Shown here: in pieces, positions 8,315 to 17,883 of the stretch
How positions within the stretch are numbered: position 1 is the stretch's first letter
Layout: each line of letters begins with the position of its first letter
From: an uncultured virus (IMG/VR IMGVR_UViG_3300024317_000003)
Taxonomy: Duplodnaviria > Heunggongvirae > Uroviricota > Caudoviricetes
Length of the DNA: 64,000 bases
Virus record (IMG/VR): IMGVR_UViG_3300024317_000003
Reading direction: 5' to 3' (one strand)
Made by a program: the position numbers and the translations under genes
Notes under the pieces: generated by a model
What the model was told of the DNA's origin: nothing
The model's database searches: none
Seen by the model: the letters and a program-made list of their open reading frames with translations, nothing else

Positions 8315-8899
8315 TCAAGGCCCAACCGTTAACCCTGTAGGTGCGAGTGGGATCACAGCAAAAACAGCCGAGGTGCTCGTAACTGAGCCGCTTGAATTGC
8401 TCACAGTGACGTTGTAGGACCCGTTGTTAATGTATGTGACGGAATTGAGAGTCAGCGTGCTGTTGGTCGCTCCGATGATGGAGCTGCCGTTAACGTGCCA
8501 CTGATACGTCAGGTTCAAGCCAGTCGCCCCGACGCTAAAGGTGAAGCTGGATCCGGTTTGGTTCGTGCCGCCGACCGGCTGCGTCGTGATAACGGGAACC
8601 GGCGCGGGTGCATTGTAAATGACTTCATTGGAATACTTACTTTCAAGGCCCGTAGCAGTGTAAGCAGTCACCGCAAAAAAATAGGTTTGCCCTACCGTCA
8701 GATTTGCCACGGTTACGTTTGTCGTTGCTGCTGGCGTCACGGTCAGCATGTTCGTGTACGTGCGAGTGGCAACGCCCTCGTACAAGTGGTAACCGACCAC
8801 GGTAGGATCCGGACTCTTATCCCAGGCGAGGGTGGCAGTAACGGCGTTAACCGTGAGCGTAAAAGCGATCAGTGCGATGATGGATAGTAGTGTTTTCAT
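8315..8899 (-). CDS. secreted FN3 + Ig-like domain protein
   Basis: Signal peptide MKTLLSIIALIAFTLTVNA. FN3 motifs LAWD..GY.LY.G and YFFAVTAY..GLESKYSNEV. Ig motifs ITTQP..YQW..NG..GSYNV.VSN. Confidence 0.85.
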   Translation of the reverse strand: MKTLLSIIALIAFTLTVNAVTATLAWDKSPDPTVVGYHLYEGVATRTYTNMLTVTPAATTNVTVANLTVGQTYFFAVTAYTATGLESKYSNEVIYNAPAPVPVITTQPVGGTNQTGSSFTFSVGATGLNLTYQWHVNGSSIIGATNSTLTLNSVTYINNGSYNVTVSNSSGSVTSTSAVFAVIPLAPTGLTVGP

Positions 8900-8901
8900 T
8901 T

Positions 8902-9597
8902 CTATTGAGCGGTTGACGGTGCTGACGCGACAGGGACTGCCCCGCCTTTAAGTGAGTAGAGAACGATGCTCGACGGCTGACTTTCAAGCGAGTTGGTCGA
9001 GACTGCGGTGAGTTTGAAATAGTAAACTTGATTCTTTTTCAAGCCGCCAACGACGGCATTGGTCGACCACGCCGGTCTGATTGCGACGATAAAAAACGTG
9101 CTGGGAGAAGTCCCGAGCCATATCCTGATCGTGGCGTCCTGGGGTTGGTAAGGAGACCATTTGACCGGTACGCTATACGTCCCGCCAGCAGCAGACACAA
9201 CCGCCGTCGTAATCGCAGGCGTAGTCGGGCCCGGCTCAGTCGGCACTATCGGAGCGGGCGGCGTTTTGCAGCCAGCAGCGAGCAAAGACGTAAGCAAACA
9301 CAGCTCCAACGGCAGGAGTCCCTTCCTGATTGCCCATCTGGTAAGATTTGCCCGTCCAAAAACTCGCACAGCGTTCTGGCCTTCGGTTAAGTAGCGTTCT
9401 GTGGCTTCGCGGCCTATTTTAAAGCGTTTAGCAATCTCTTTTGTCGAGAGACCCGCCGCGTAAAACATTAACACAGCCTTCTGACAGTTGTGCATTATGA
9501 CCCTCACACGCTTAACATAGCATTGCCTGCATTGTGGGAACACCCACTGTTTCCGTCTTCCACAAGGGCATTTGTCTTTGGCGTACATGATGATCAA
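8902..9597 (-). CDS. Zn-ribbon + LuxR-type HTH fused to a lipobox and FN3 domain
   Basis: CPCG..C..C, YAAGLSTKEIAKRF...WAIRKGLL, LLAAGC and YYFKLTAV..LESQPS. Confidence 0.65.
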   Translation of the reverse strand: MIIMYAKDKCPCGRRKQWVFPQCRQCYVKRVRVIMHNCQKAVLMFYAAGLSTKEIAKRFKIGREATERYLTEGQNAVRVFGRANLTRWAIRKGLLPLELCLLTSLLAAGCKTPPAPIVPTEPGPTTPAITTAVVSAAGGTYSVPVKWSPYQPQDATIRIWLGTSPSTFFIVAIRPAWSTNAVVGGLKKNQVYYFKLTAVSTNSLESQPSSIVLYSLKGGAVPVASAPSTAQ

Positions 9598-12252
9598 TTA
9601 CAGGGAACCGCCGCCGAGCGCCAGCCTAAGAGTCCTGACCCGGTTGTATTGGTTGCTGCTGTCGGTACTCGTCACACCTTTCGAGATTGACGTGTAGGAA
9701 ATCCGCTTTGCGCTGACGATGACGTTGAAGCCGCTCGTGTTGAAAATGTAGATGTTCTGCCCGGTTAACACCCCGGTTGAGGCAACAGAACCAGTCGCCA
9801 GTGATGCATGTGGGCTACCGCTGCTGGCAAAGTATAATGCTTCGACGGTCGACCCTGTGCGCGTCCCGCAGTAGTAGCCAGCGCCCGGAGAGGCAGCGTG
9901 CAGATTACCAGCCCCGCCAGTGCCGGGACCGTAATCAAACCACTCTGCGTTTCCGTTGCGATTGGCATTAAGCATGTAGCCAGTTGCAAGGTCGGGTGCG
10001 AGTATTCCGATCAATCCACCGTCGCTTGGTGCTGCGAAAAAATAGATGGTGAAACCAATATCGTTGACCGAACTGAAAGCCGCGCTGTCCGTTACTCCGG
10101 TATCCAGATACTCGCTTCCGCTGTTGATCAAACCGTTGACGGTCAATTGCCCGCTAGCAAAGCCGTGATTGATCCAGAGATAGGGTGCTCCTGAGACAGT
10201 GATTAACGGAGTCAATGCTGCCGTAAGGCTGTCAGGGACGTAGCAGTTGATCGATTGATATTTGGCGCTGCTGCCGTCTGTGACCATCCCGTTCCAAAAC
10301 TGATCCACAGCCCAAATAGTATTTGAGGAAAGTGTCGCGCCATTGTTGTTGACGTTCTCCGCGCACAGAACCCAGTTGCTCACCACCGTTGTTGTGACCG
10401 TCGCAAGCTGTCCGGGTGTGGACGGATAGGTAAGTCCGCCAGAAGTCACCGCACAGACGTAATTTGCAAAATCAGAAAGAGCTACCGTGCCAATCGTGTA
10501 AGACGATTGAGTTGCCCCGCCGATTGCTGTCCCATTCTTTTTCCATTGGTAGGTTGGACTGGACAGAGACGTGGTGACTGTGATCGTCGCGCTGTTGCCG
10601 ATGATCGCGGGCGTGTTTGTCACGAATGCCAGGGACGGCGCAAAACCTCCGCCCGCGTTGATCCGGAAAGTTTGAACATCGTTGAAGAGCGTTTGAGCAT
10701 CACCGCTCGACAATCCGGCGGTGTGCAAGCTGCCCCAAGACAACGTGTCCGCAGTCGCATGGGCAAACGGACCTGCATTGGCGTCGTTCTCAGTAAACCA
10801 TGTGACCGCGATTCCGAAGGCGGTGCTGTATGCCGTTGAGTCTGTGCTTCCGATTTGCGCAAAGGGAGTGAGAGTGTTTGCAAAATACAGCCTATGATCG
10901 GTTGAAGAGGTTCGCGAGTTGACGTAGAAGCCCGCTCCGGATGACGCAACAGAGATTACGTTACCTGAGAAATTGCCGTCCAATCCTTCGGAATTAGCTC
11001 CGTTTCGTGCGGCTATCCAGAAACCCCTTCCATTCGGGTTTCCGAACCCGAACACTCCTAAATCGTAACCACCGCCATTCGTGCTAGAGACGTAAACCGC
11101 CTGAGCATGGGTTACGGCATTTAGAGCACCGGCATCATTGCCAGGAGCGGTTGAAATGAGAAACTTGGTGTCATTGCCGAGATTCCCGCTACCGGCAAGT
11201 CCGTTAACGCTCAAGTCACTGGACACAAAATCTGTTTGATTGCCAGCGGTAGATTTTCTTTGAGGCATACCGCCAGCTATTGTTCCTCCGTTTCCATCAG
11301 CGAGACTCCACCACTTGATCGGGGTCTTGGAGGCAATCAGGCTGTCAGGCGCGAATGGCAGGGCGAAATAAATGTTTGTCCACAATCCATGTGATTGAAG
11401 GCTGTCGGCCAGAATGCTAATAGCGTTGCTTGTACTGTCGGACGGTAACGCGCCACCGTTATACAGAACATTCCATTGGAAATTGCTGGCCACGTTTGCG
11501 CCGCTTGCAGAATTTAGCGCCGTAGTGAACGGATACTTCAGCCCAAGCCCATTGTTCCAGAGCCGACCGACTTCGGCGGTCGTCAATGGCCTGTTCCAGC
11601 AGTAAAGCTCGTCAACAAATCCTGACTGCCAAAAGATATTGAAATTAGTGGCATTGGCCCGCGTTCCAACAAGTGAAGCTGTCAGCTTCGGCCCATTGTT
11701 CGTGTAAATGAAGATCTGCGCGTTGGCTTGGTCATATCCGAAAACGACAAATTGCCAATGGCCGGATACGTCAGGCGGCAAAGCGGGGGCGAGTGTCGCG
11801 CTCGACCTGTCCGGTTTCCACACTTGCCAATTATTGGCCTGTCCCCACCGATAGTCTCCTGCGAATTGATCGGAGGGTGATGCCTGCCCGAGCATCGTGA
11901 CTGAGTTTTGAGCGATATACCACAAGGCAAAGCTGAACGATCCCGTCCCGAGCGTAGCAGCAAGGTTGTTGGTCAAAGGTCCGCGAAGTCCCGAGTCAGC
12001 ACTGAAATCTGCCGCACCTTGAAACTGCCCCGCGACTGCTGGCACGTTGCTGTTCACGTCTTTCAGCGTGAGCGTGCTGTTGAGCGAGTTGGTCCTGTCA
12101 CCGCTGGCTATGCCTTCGTCGAAGCTCCAGGCGCCAACGAGTCCACCAAGCAATGACTCCGTGCTCCCCTGCCCACGAAACGCGAGCGACTCGGTGAACC
12201 CTGCCCCGAGGCACTCAGCCACGAGAAAGAGAAGCGCAAATAGATACCTCAT
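9598..12252 (-). CDS. signal-peptide-bearing LamG/ConA-like + Ig protein with a duplicated domain (receptor-binding or appendage candidate)
   Basis: N-terminal hydrophobic signal. LamG-like LVGAWSFDE..VDELYCWNRPLT..EV..LWN. Ig-like YQWKKNG..YVCAV. Two copies of a ~290-aa domain. Confidence 0.75.
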   Translation of the reverse strand: MRYLFALLFLVAECLGAGFTESLAFRGQGSTESLLGGLVGAWSFDEGIASGDRTNSLNSTLTLKDVNSNVPAVAGQFQGAADFSADSGLRGPLTNNLAATLGTGSFSFALWYIAQNSVTMLGQASPSDQFAGDYRWGQANNWQVWKPDRSSATLAPALPPDVSGHWQFVVFGYDQANAQIFIYTNNGPKLTASLVGTRANATNFNIFWQSGFVDELYCWNRPLTTAEVGRLWNNGLGLKYPFTTALNSASGANVASNFQWNVLYNGGALPSDSTSNAISILADSLQSHGLWTNIYFALPFAPDSLIASKTPIKWWSLADGNGGTIAGGMPQRKSTAGNQTDFVSSDLSVNGLAGSGNLGNDTKFLISTAPGNDAGALNAVTHAQAVYVSSTNGGGYDLGVFGFGNPNGRGFWIAARNGANSEGLDGNFSGNVISVASSGAGFYVNSRTSSTDHRLYFANTLTPFAQIGSTDSTAYSTAFGIAVTWFTENDANAGPFAHATADTLSWGSLHTAGLSSGDAQTLFNDVQTFRINAGGGFAPSLAFVTNTPAIIGNSATITVTTSLSSPTYQWKKNGTAIGGATQSSYTIGTVALSDFANYVCAVTSGGLTYPSTPGQLATVTTTVVSNWVLCAENVNNNGATLSSNTIWAVDQFWNGMVTDGSSAKYQSINCYVPDSLTAALTPLITVSGAPYLWINHGFASGQLTVNGLINSGSEYLDTGVTDSAAFSSVNDIGFTIYFFAAPSDGGLIGILAPDLATGYMLNANRNGNAEWFDYGPGTGGAGNLHAASPGAGYYCGTRTGSTVEALYFASSGSPHASLATGSVASTGVLTGQNIYIFNTSGFNVIVSAKRISYTSISKGVTSTDSSNQYNRVRTLRLALGGGSL

Positions 12253-12836
12253 GGCTGCTGCGGCAGAGTGACTATGTTGGTCGTTGTGCCTATCCCCCGG
12301 GCGCTGCCGCTGATTAATACCTGCTGGTGAGCCGGGATATACAGATCGTTGGTCGTCAGTGGGCCGTACTTCGTCATTGCAAACGTGAGATGCCCGATGA
12401 TCTGACTCGCGCTCGCGTTGCTGATCTCAAGCTCGGCTTCGTTCTGGACGCTATTGGAGAGTACCACCCCTGACACGTTAAAATCCGCATTGGTCGAAAA
12501 GAACTGTTGGCGCTTTCTCCAATTCCAAACTGTGCCCGGCACTAACGGAAAACTGTTTGTGGTGTGATAGTAATTCACATCGGAAGTCACGCCGTTATCG
12601 CTAACGGTTAAATGCGTGCTTTCAAGAATGTCGCCAAGCCCGTCCACATGCAAAACGACGCTGGCAGGCGTCGGTATAGTGGGCAGTAACGGAAGAACCT
12701 GCGCGACGTTCGTAAGACCAAAGCCGTCCCCGACAAATTTGCCAACCCAGGTCGTGAGTCCGGCAGCCATAAGCATAACGCAGCCGATCCCGAGTAATGC
12801 CCCGAGGCAAAGAGCTTTCAGCGGTGATAGTTTCAT
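12249..12836 (-). CDS. secreted fibre-like protein
   Basis: Signal-like MKLSPLKALCLGALLGIGCVMLMAAG. FVGDGFGLTNV fibre-type motif. Confidence 0.6.
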   Translation of the reverse strand: MKLSPLKALCLGALLGIGCVMLMAAGLTTWVGKFVGDGFGLTNVAQVLPLLPTIPTPASVVLHVDGLGDILESTHLTVSDNGVTSDVNYYHTTNSFPLVPGTVWNWRKRQQFFSTNADFNVSGVVLSNSVQNEAELEISNASASQIIGHLTFAMTKYGPLTTNDLYIPAHQQVLISGSARGIGTTTNIVTLPQQP

Positions 12837-12841
12837 AGGCT

Positions 12842-13039
12842 TTAATTCCACTGTCCACCCCAGTACACCCACGTGCGGCCGTTCACATCCACAACGAAAT
12901 CAGAAATTGCTGGCGGCAACAGTGTCGGGGGACCGGCGTAAGTTATAGACATCTGAATCGAGCTGATCGGCAGCCCGGAAGAATTGTCAGGCGGCGCTGG
13001 AGTCAGGATGCACTGGTAATTGCCAAAAACGTCGCTCAA
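12842..13039 (-). CDS. small fibre-associated protein (start uncertain, TTG)
   Basis: YAGPP...VVDVNGRTWVYWGGQWN. Confidence 0.5.
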   Translation of the reverse strand: MSDVFGNYQCILTPAPPDNSSGLPISSIQMSITYAGPPTLLPPAISDFVVDVNGRTWVYWGGQWN

Positions 13040-13115
13040 AGTTAATCTCGCTTCCTGCCGGGTGCAGCAAGCCTCTGCCAAAGCCACCGCTCTTGTCAAT
13101 CCGCGATTGCAGCCA

Positions 13116-13823
13116 TTAAACCGGGACTTCTTCCCAAAGCAGACTTCCAGCCGCTGTGTGCGCAACCGGCGTCACCGTCGCGAACAGGCCGAGAATACCA
13201 CCGGGCGGGAGAATTATACTCCCGTCGATGTTTTCAACCTGCCCGATCTGCTGAGTCATAAAGCCCACGGCAGTGGCAGTCTCAGTGATCCCGTAAGCCT
13301 GCCCGGCGCCCAATGATGAAGCAGCGAAGATCGCAGACTGGACAGAAGACAGCCCCGTGAGTGCCACCCCAGCCAAATTCTTGCATAATGATCCGGTCGC
13401 CAACAACGACTTCCGATTAAACGGTTGAGCGCCGGTAGTGATGGCGTTCTGCCCTGTGTAAACAACCCACACAAGATTACCCGGACCCGTAGCCGTCAAC
13501 GCTGTAAGCGTCAAGGTGAGATGCGCCTGCAAAATGATCGCGTTGATTGTCGAGCTGAGCGGATTCCAGAGACCAACAATCGGCGTCGACGTCGCAGCCG
13601 TTGCCAGCGTTGCGCTGAGCGCATCGGCAGTTGTGAACGTGGCGTTACTGATAGTTGTGCCGGTCATGCCCCCGCAGAATAAGTTTCCGCGCAGGGCTTG
13701 TTCGGCAAACCGACCGTGTAGTTCGGAGATGATGAGATCACCCTGCCGACCTTGCCTAAAAGCCTGCCCTGCTCCGTCTGAGAGTGCCGCCTGACCAACC
13801 TGACCTTCGATTACTATGTTCAT
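13116..13823 (-). CDS. virion structural protein candidate (paralog of 13827-14465)
   Basis: Shares GQVG...DG..Q..R.G..G.L....LHG...EQA.RGN.F and C-terminal WEE.P with its neighbour. Confidence 0.7.
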   Translation of the reverse strand: MNIVIEGQVGQAALSDGAGQAFRQGRQGDLIISELHGRFAEQALRGNLFCGGMTGTTISNATFTTADALSATLATAATSTPIVGLWNPLSSTINAIILQAHLTLTLTALTATGPGNLVWVVYTGQNAITTGAQPFNRKSLLATGSLCKNLAGVALTGLSSVQSAIFAASSLGAGQAYGITETATAVGFMTQQIGQVENIDGSIILPPGGILGLFATVTPVAHTAAGSLLWEEVPV

Positions 13824-13826
13824 ATT

Positions 13827-14465
13827 TTATATTGGTATCTCTTCCCACACAAAAGACACGTGCACCGACGCATTGGTGGAATCGTTGTTTGTCTGACAAG
13901 GTGCGATTGAATTTCCCGGGCTAAGCAAACAGGTGCCATCGAAATCGATAAAGAAAGCCGCGATGTTTGGAATTACGGTTGCGGCACCGGTGTAATGGCT
14001 CGCCAGCATCCGATACAGCGTCCCAGTCGCCCCGGTGAAAGCCGGTCCCCTAAAAATTTTTCCGTTGGGGATAGCATTTGCAGCCGTAATCGCCGGGTAA
14101 ACATTCGTGTCCAAGGTCGTCGTCGGGTCAGTCGCATAGTGCTGATACAACTGCAAAGCATACAGACCCGCCACCGGAGTTACCGGAATTGCCGCTATAC
14201 ACATCTCAAATCGAATCAACGCAAGGTACTTGTCGGAGCGTTGCGGGTTGAGCAGGCACATTGCGGGACCGCTATTATTTAGCTGTTGCAAGGTGACACT
14301 GTTGGAAGTGGTGCCGACAAAAACATTACCCCTGTAAGCTTGCTCAGTGTAATTCCCGTGCAGCCTGCCGACGACAAGTTCACCGCCTTTCCCAGTCCGA
14401 ATGCGCTGCTGTACGCCGTCGCTGAGAAATTGCGGGCCGACCCTGCCCCTGATGTCAGCTCTCAT
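13827..14465 (-). CDS. virion structural protein candidate (paralog of 13116-13823)
   Basis: GRVG..LSDG...RLHGNYTEQAYRGNVF...WEEIPI. Confidence 0.7.
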   Translation of the reverse strand: MRADIRGRVGPQFLSDGVQQRIRTGKGGELVVGRLHGNYTEQAYRGNVFVGTTSNSVTLQQLNNSGPAMCLLNPQRSDKYLALIRFEMCIAAIPVTPVAGLYALQLYQHYATDPTTTLDTNVYPAITAANAIPNGKIFRGPAFTGATGTLYRMLASHYTGAATVIPNIAAFFIDFDGTCLLSPGNSIAPCQTNNDSTNASVHVSFVWEEIPI

Positions 14466-14635
14466 ATATCAAAAGGGATATCGATCTCTTCCAGGCGCAG
14501 CCAATCGACCAGTTTCTGAAACTTCACTTCCAGGGCTTGGACGCGATCATTCAGGGGAATATCCAGATCGTCCTTGGCCTGTAGCTGTTGAATCGCAGCC
14601 GCACTGTCGAGGACCAATGGTTTTCTGTCAGCCAT
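14462..14635 (-). CDS. 57-aa protein not in the ORF track (MADRKPLVLDSAAAIQQLQAKDDL...)
   Basis: TAATG overlap upstream and ATGA overlap downstream. N-terminus similar to that of 14635-15120. Confidence 0.7.
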   Translation of the reverse strand: MADRKPLVLDSAAAIQQLQAKDDLDIPLNDRVQALEVKFQKLVDWLRLEEIDIPFDI

Positions 14636-15120
14636 TAAAGCAGGATCGGATCGCCCATCCCAATCCGGAGTTCCGTTGTAGATATTGCAATGCCAAGCTC
14701 CATAACGTAGTTACCGACGCTCGATGGCGCTGTGGCCGTGCCCTGTCCTGCCGTAGCCGCGGACAGGTAATAACGCTGACCCTTGGAGAGGCCGCCAGTA
14801 GTTCCAAACACCGCGTCCCATTGCGCCGTGCTGGCTGCCAGAACGCCATCGCATTGAATGGCTCCAGCAACGCCGTTGGCAATGCTCGCATCCTTTACGA
14901 GACCGATGACGTCTTTTGTGCCAGCCGCATCCGCCTTAGCCTTTTTAACACCGTCATTGGCGTCGTTATAAACCGGGGTGCCAATCACGATCGGACCTGC
15001 TTCGTCATTGGTTTGTTGGAGGACCACACCGGCCGTGACTGATGGGACTGAAATCGTATCAGCCGATTGAAGTTGCTGGATCTGGCCAGCGACGAGTACG
15101 AGGGGGATTCTTGTTGCCAT
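14635..15120 (-). CDS. capsid decoration/cement-like protein
   Basis: IGTPVY...AKADA...VIGL...G..YYLS..TAG...T.P...LGIAIS.T.L.I fold pattern. Confidence 0.6.
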   Translation of the reverse strand: MATRIPLVLVAGQIQQLQSADTISVPSVTAGVVLQQTNDEAGPIVIGTPVYNDANDGVKKAKADAAGTKDVIGLVKDASIANGVAGAIQCDGVLAASTAQWDAVFGTTGGLSKGQRYYLSAATAGQGTATAPSSVGNYVMELGIAISTTELRIGMGDPILL

Positions 15121-15124
15121 ATTG

Positions 15125-16030
15125 TTAAAGGAGAATTGCCTGCTCTATGTTGATGATCAAAGTTGTTGGTGTAACCGAAAAGCCGACAGGCTGAGAGATC
15201 TGGCCGGAAATCGAAGGACTGATCGGCGTGAGCATTCCAGGGGTAGCTGAAAGGAAGTAGTCAGTCTCTGGTTGCAGACTCACAGCGCCAATCACGGCTG
15301 TCCAATCATTCAACACAAATGGGCCTTCAAGCTGGACATCTTCCGCAAAGTTAGTCAACGCCCCGACGGTGGCCAGCCCGATGCTGCGCCGGACCATAGC
15401 GGTCGCGTCCGCCAATATCAAGCCCGTTCCGCTCGAATGGCGAGCAACGGCAGCTCCAATCCAGAAATTGCTTCCTTTGTTCTGTCCCGTGAACAGCGGC
15501 GCAGAGCTGCCAGCCAGTGTGCTGCCAGCGGGCAATTCTCCGACCTGACCAAGATTGTTCAGGACAAGTGCCTTCCTCTGAGTCCCCTGCACGGCAATGT
15601 TCGAAAGAACTATCGCATCGCGAAGTTCGATCTGCATTCGGTTGGGAGTCACCGCCACGCCAATCAACTGCGAGATTAACGCTCCTGACTCTTGAGAGTT
15701 TGGACTGAGCATGCCGGGCGTGTTCGAGAGGTAATACGGAGCGCCAACGGTTAACAGTGATGTGCCGATGATTGCCTGCCAAGAGAGAAGATCGATGAAA
15801 CCCAAATGGATTACATTGGGTTCGTAATGTGGCTGGCGCAGCTCTAAAACCAACCCAACAGAAGGCCAACGATCGGTTTGGGCGGCTGAAGCACGGATGA
15901 AATCCCCGTTAGCATCGTAACAGACCGGTGTGCCCGGCGCCATCGGCGTGAGTTCCCCGCTCCTGCCGATGTAAACAAAGTCAGATGTTTGTGTATAGAC
16001 AGACAATGGCGCCGCGACGGTACCAGTCAA
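15125..16030 (-). CDS. decoration/cement-like protein with two tandem domains
   Basis: Two copies of W.A.IG...L.....Y.LS.TPGML.P....SG.ISQ..G..VTP....I....AI.L. Homologous to 14635-15120. Confidence 0.65.
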   Translation of the reverse strand: MTGTVAAPLSVYTQTSDFVYIGRSGELTPMAPGTPVCYDANGDFIRASAAQTDRWPSVGLVLELRQPHYEPNVIHLGFIDLLSWQAIIGTSLLTVGAPYYLSNTPGMLSPNSQESGALISQLIGVAVTPNRMQIELRDAIVLSNIAVQGTQRKALVLNNLGQVGELPAGSTLAGSSAPLFTGQNKGSNFWIGAAVARHSSGTGLILADATAMVRRSIGLATVGALTNFAEDVQLEGPFVLNDWTAVIGAVSLQPETDYFLSATPGMLTPISPSISGQISQPVGFSVTPTTLIINIEQAILL

Positions 16031-16965
16031 GAGAGTCCGGTGTCAATCGCCTGAATCGTCTCAAGGTACTTCGGCCACGGCATGGTGAGCACGCTGGCCA
16101 TTCGATCCTGCTCCTGTTGAATGTCCAAAAGATCCTCGCTTATCAAGCTCACCGCCCGAACCACTTCTTTCGATCGGCCAAGCTTCGCAATCAGCTCCTG
16201 TGCCTCGACTGCAGGACAACTCGTCAGCGCCACGGCGATCGTGTTGCGCAGGCATTCCTCGACCGTTATTCGGTAGGGCGGCCGGTTGATCCGAGCCCGG
16301 AAGATGTGTCCGACCTTGAGCTGTTTGCACAACCGGATTGAGCCCCCGGCTCGAATCGTCCGGATGCTCAACAGCTCTTCGTCACAGCCAAACTTGCGCA
16401 GGATCTTCAAACCGCCGATGTGAAAGAACCAGCTCTTCCTCATCACGTAACAGGCACCCATAACCGCGCTCATGCGGTAAAAGTCTTGCCCCGCCCGGTC
16501 GATCGCCCATTTTGCCGTAAGGATCCGCCAGCGCAATTCCGCGGTATCATCCGAAATCAGCATGCGCGCGCCGTTATACTCGCCGTCGCATTGGAGCGTG
16601 TTTTCGTTCAACGACAGGCACCGGCCGCACAGGACCTGGGTGTCAGGCAAAGCAAGTACGGTATCCATGACCGTCTGGAGCCAGCCGCCAGGAAAGATCA
16701 TGTGCGCGTCCGTTATCAGGATCAGATCTGAAGAAGCCAGCTCGACGCCAATGTGCCGGGCCGGGCCCACGCCGAGCCGTATTCGGTTGTGAAACACCTT
16801 AACGTCAGGATCGTCAACCCGGACACGCGTGCTGCTGGCATCGTCGACAACGATAATCTCGGCATGATCCCCGCAACCATCTCGGATGCTCTTGATCGTC
16901 CGATTGAGAACCCCGTGCCACTCGTTCAAGGTGGCGATCACGACGGTGATTGCGGGTTTAGTCAT
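16027..16965 (-). CDS. GT2-family glycosyltransferase
   Basis: ITVVIATLNE, EIIVVDDAS, GVGPARHIG, ITDAHM, MGACY, FG.DEE.LS and VGHIFR. Confidence 0.9.
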   Translation of the reverse strand: MTKPAITVVIATLNEWHGVLNRTIKSIRDGCGDHAEIIVVDDASSTRVRVDDPDVKVFHNRIRLGVGPARHIGVELASSDLILITDAHMIFPGGWLQTVMDTVLALPDTQVLCGRCLSLNENTLQCDGEYNGARMLISDDTAELRWRILTAKWAIDRAGQDFYRMSAVMGACYVMRKSWFFHIGGLKILRKFGCDEELLSIRTIRAGGSIRLCKQLKVGHIFRARINRPPYRITVEECLRNTIAVALTSCPAVEAQELIAKLGRSKEVVRAVSLISEDLLDIQQEQDRMASVLTMPWPKYLETIQAIDTGLS

Positions 16966-17128
16966 CTGCTAAGAATTCCCTGATTGACGGGAAGCGTCCA
17001 TGCTCAGCCTTGAAATAACGACGAAAACGCACGTAATCGTTCCAGCATGGTCGGCATGCCCAAAAGTGCGTATCCCACTTTGGAAAATTGCGCGTCGATC
17101 GCCCGCAGAGATGACACGTGTGATTCAC
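16958..17128 (-). CDS. 56-aa Zn-finger-like protein not in the ORF track
   Basis: GTGA overlap. CHLCGR...CRPCW. Confidence 0.55.
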   Translation of the reverse strand: MNHTCHLCGRSTRNFPKWDTHFWACRPCWNDYVRFRRYFKAEHGRFPSIREFLADD

Positions 17129-17883
17129 TTGTGCAGCAAGTCAGCTCCAGCTCGCTCATCCACCCACGGAAGAAAAGCTTTCAGGCGCTTCACCGGCCAG
17201 GATTTGTTATTTTGCAGCCGAATCCAGTGTTCCAGTGCGTGATCGTAACCGTAGAAGGCTTCTTTGGCAGCTACCTGCTGGGGCAGAACCCAGGAGTAGT
17301 GATTCATAACTACAGTCGGCTTATACTGGGGTTTTGTCGCGCCCTCAAAAACAGGCGGTTCGTGAGACAAGACCCTCATGCCCGGCGCGAATCGCCATGC
17401 CCTGACCCACTCGCCCGGATTGTTTCCGTAACAGTTCTCGCCGGTCGCAACAATGTTCCAGCCGAGAAAGTATCGCGCGGGAAATCGCATGTGGTCGAAG
17501 TGCCTGAACTCCACAAAATCGTAAACGATCTCTTCCAAATCGCCGGGCTCATAGAACTCGTCAATGTCGATCTGCATCAGCACACACGGTTCTTTTATGG
17601 AATTAACAGCAGTCTGCACCATCTCATCTTTGCCTCCGCGCCACATCTGACTTTGCCAAATCTTCACGCGCGGATGCTTCCTGAGAGAGTTTATCACCTC
17701 GGTGCTGCCGTCACGGCTCAACCTCGGATCCATCGGCCTACACCATCGGGTCGAGCCAGTGTTAGCTGCCTGCCCCTCGATAATCAACCATTCCCAATCG
17801 ATCCCCAGTCGATTGAACGTGACGAGCTGCATCGGCAGCCAGGGCATGCCGTCGAGGACCAGAGAAAAAATAACTAGCTTCAT
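17125..17883 (-). CDS. GT-A fold glycosyltransferase
   Basis: IIEG..SRDGSTE, LMQIDIDEFY (DxD) and HYSWV..QV..K..FYG. Confidence 0.8.
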   Translation of the reverse strand: MKLVIFSLVLDGMPWLPMQLVTFNRLGIDWEWLIIEGQAANTGSTRWCRPMDPRLSRDGSTEVINSLRKHPRVKIWQSQMWRGGKDEMVQTAVNSIKEPCVLMQIDIDEFYEPGDLEEIVYDFVEFRHFDHMRFPARYFLGWNIVATGENCYGNNPGEWVRAWRFAPGMRVLSHEPPVFEGATKPQYKPTVVMNHYSWVLPQQVAAKEAFYGYDHALEHWIRLQNNKSWPVKRLKAFLPWVDERAGADLLHK

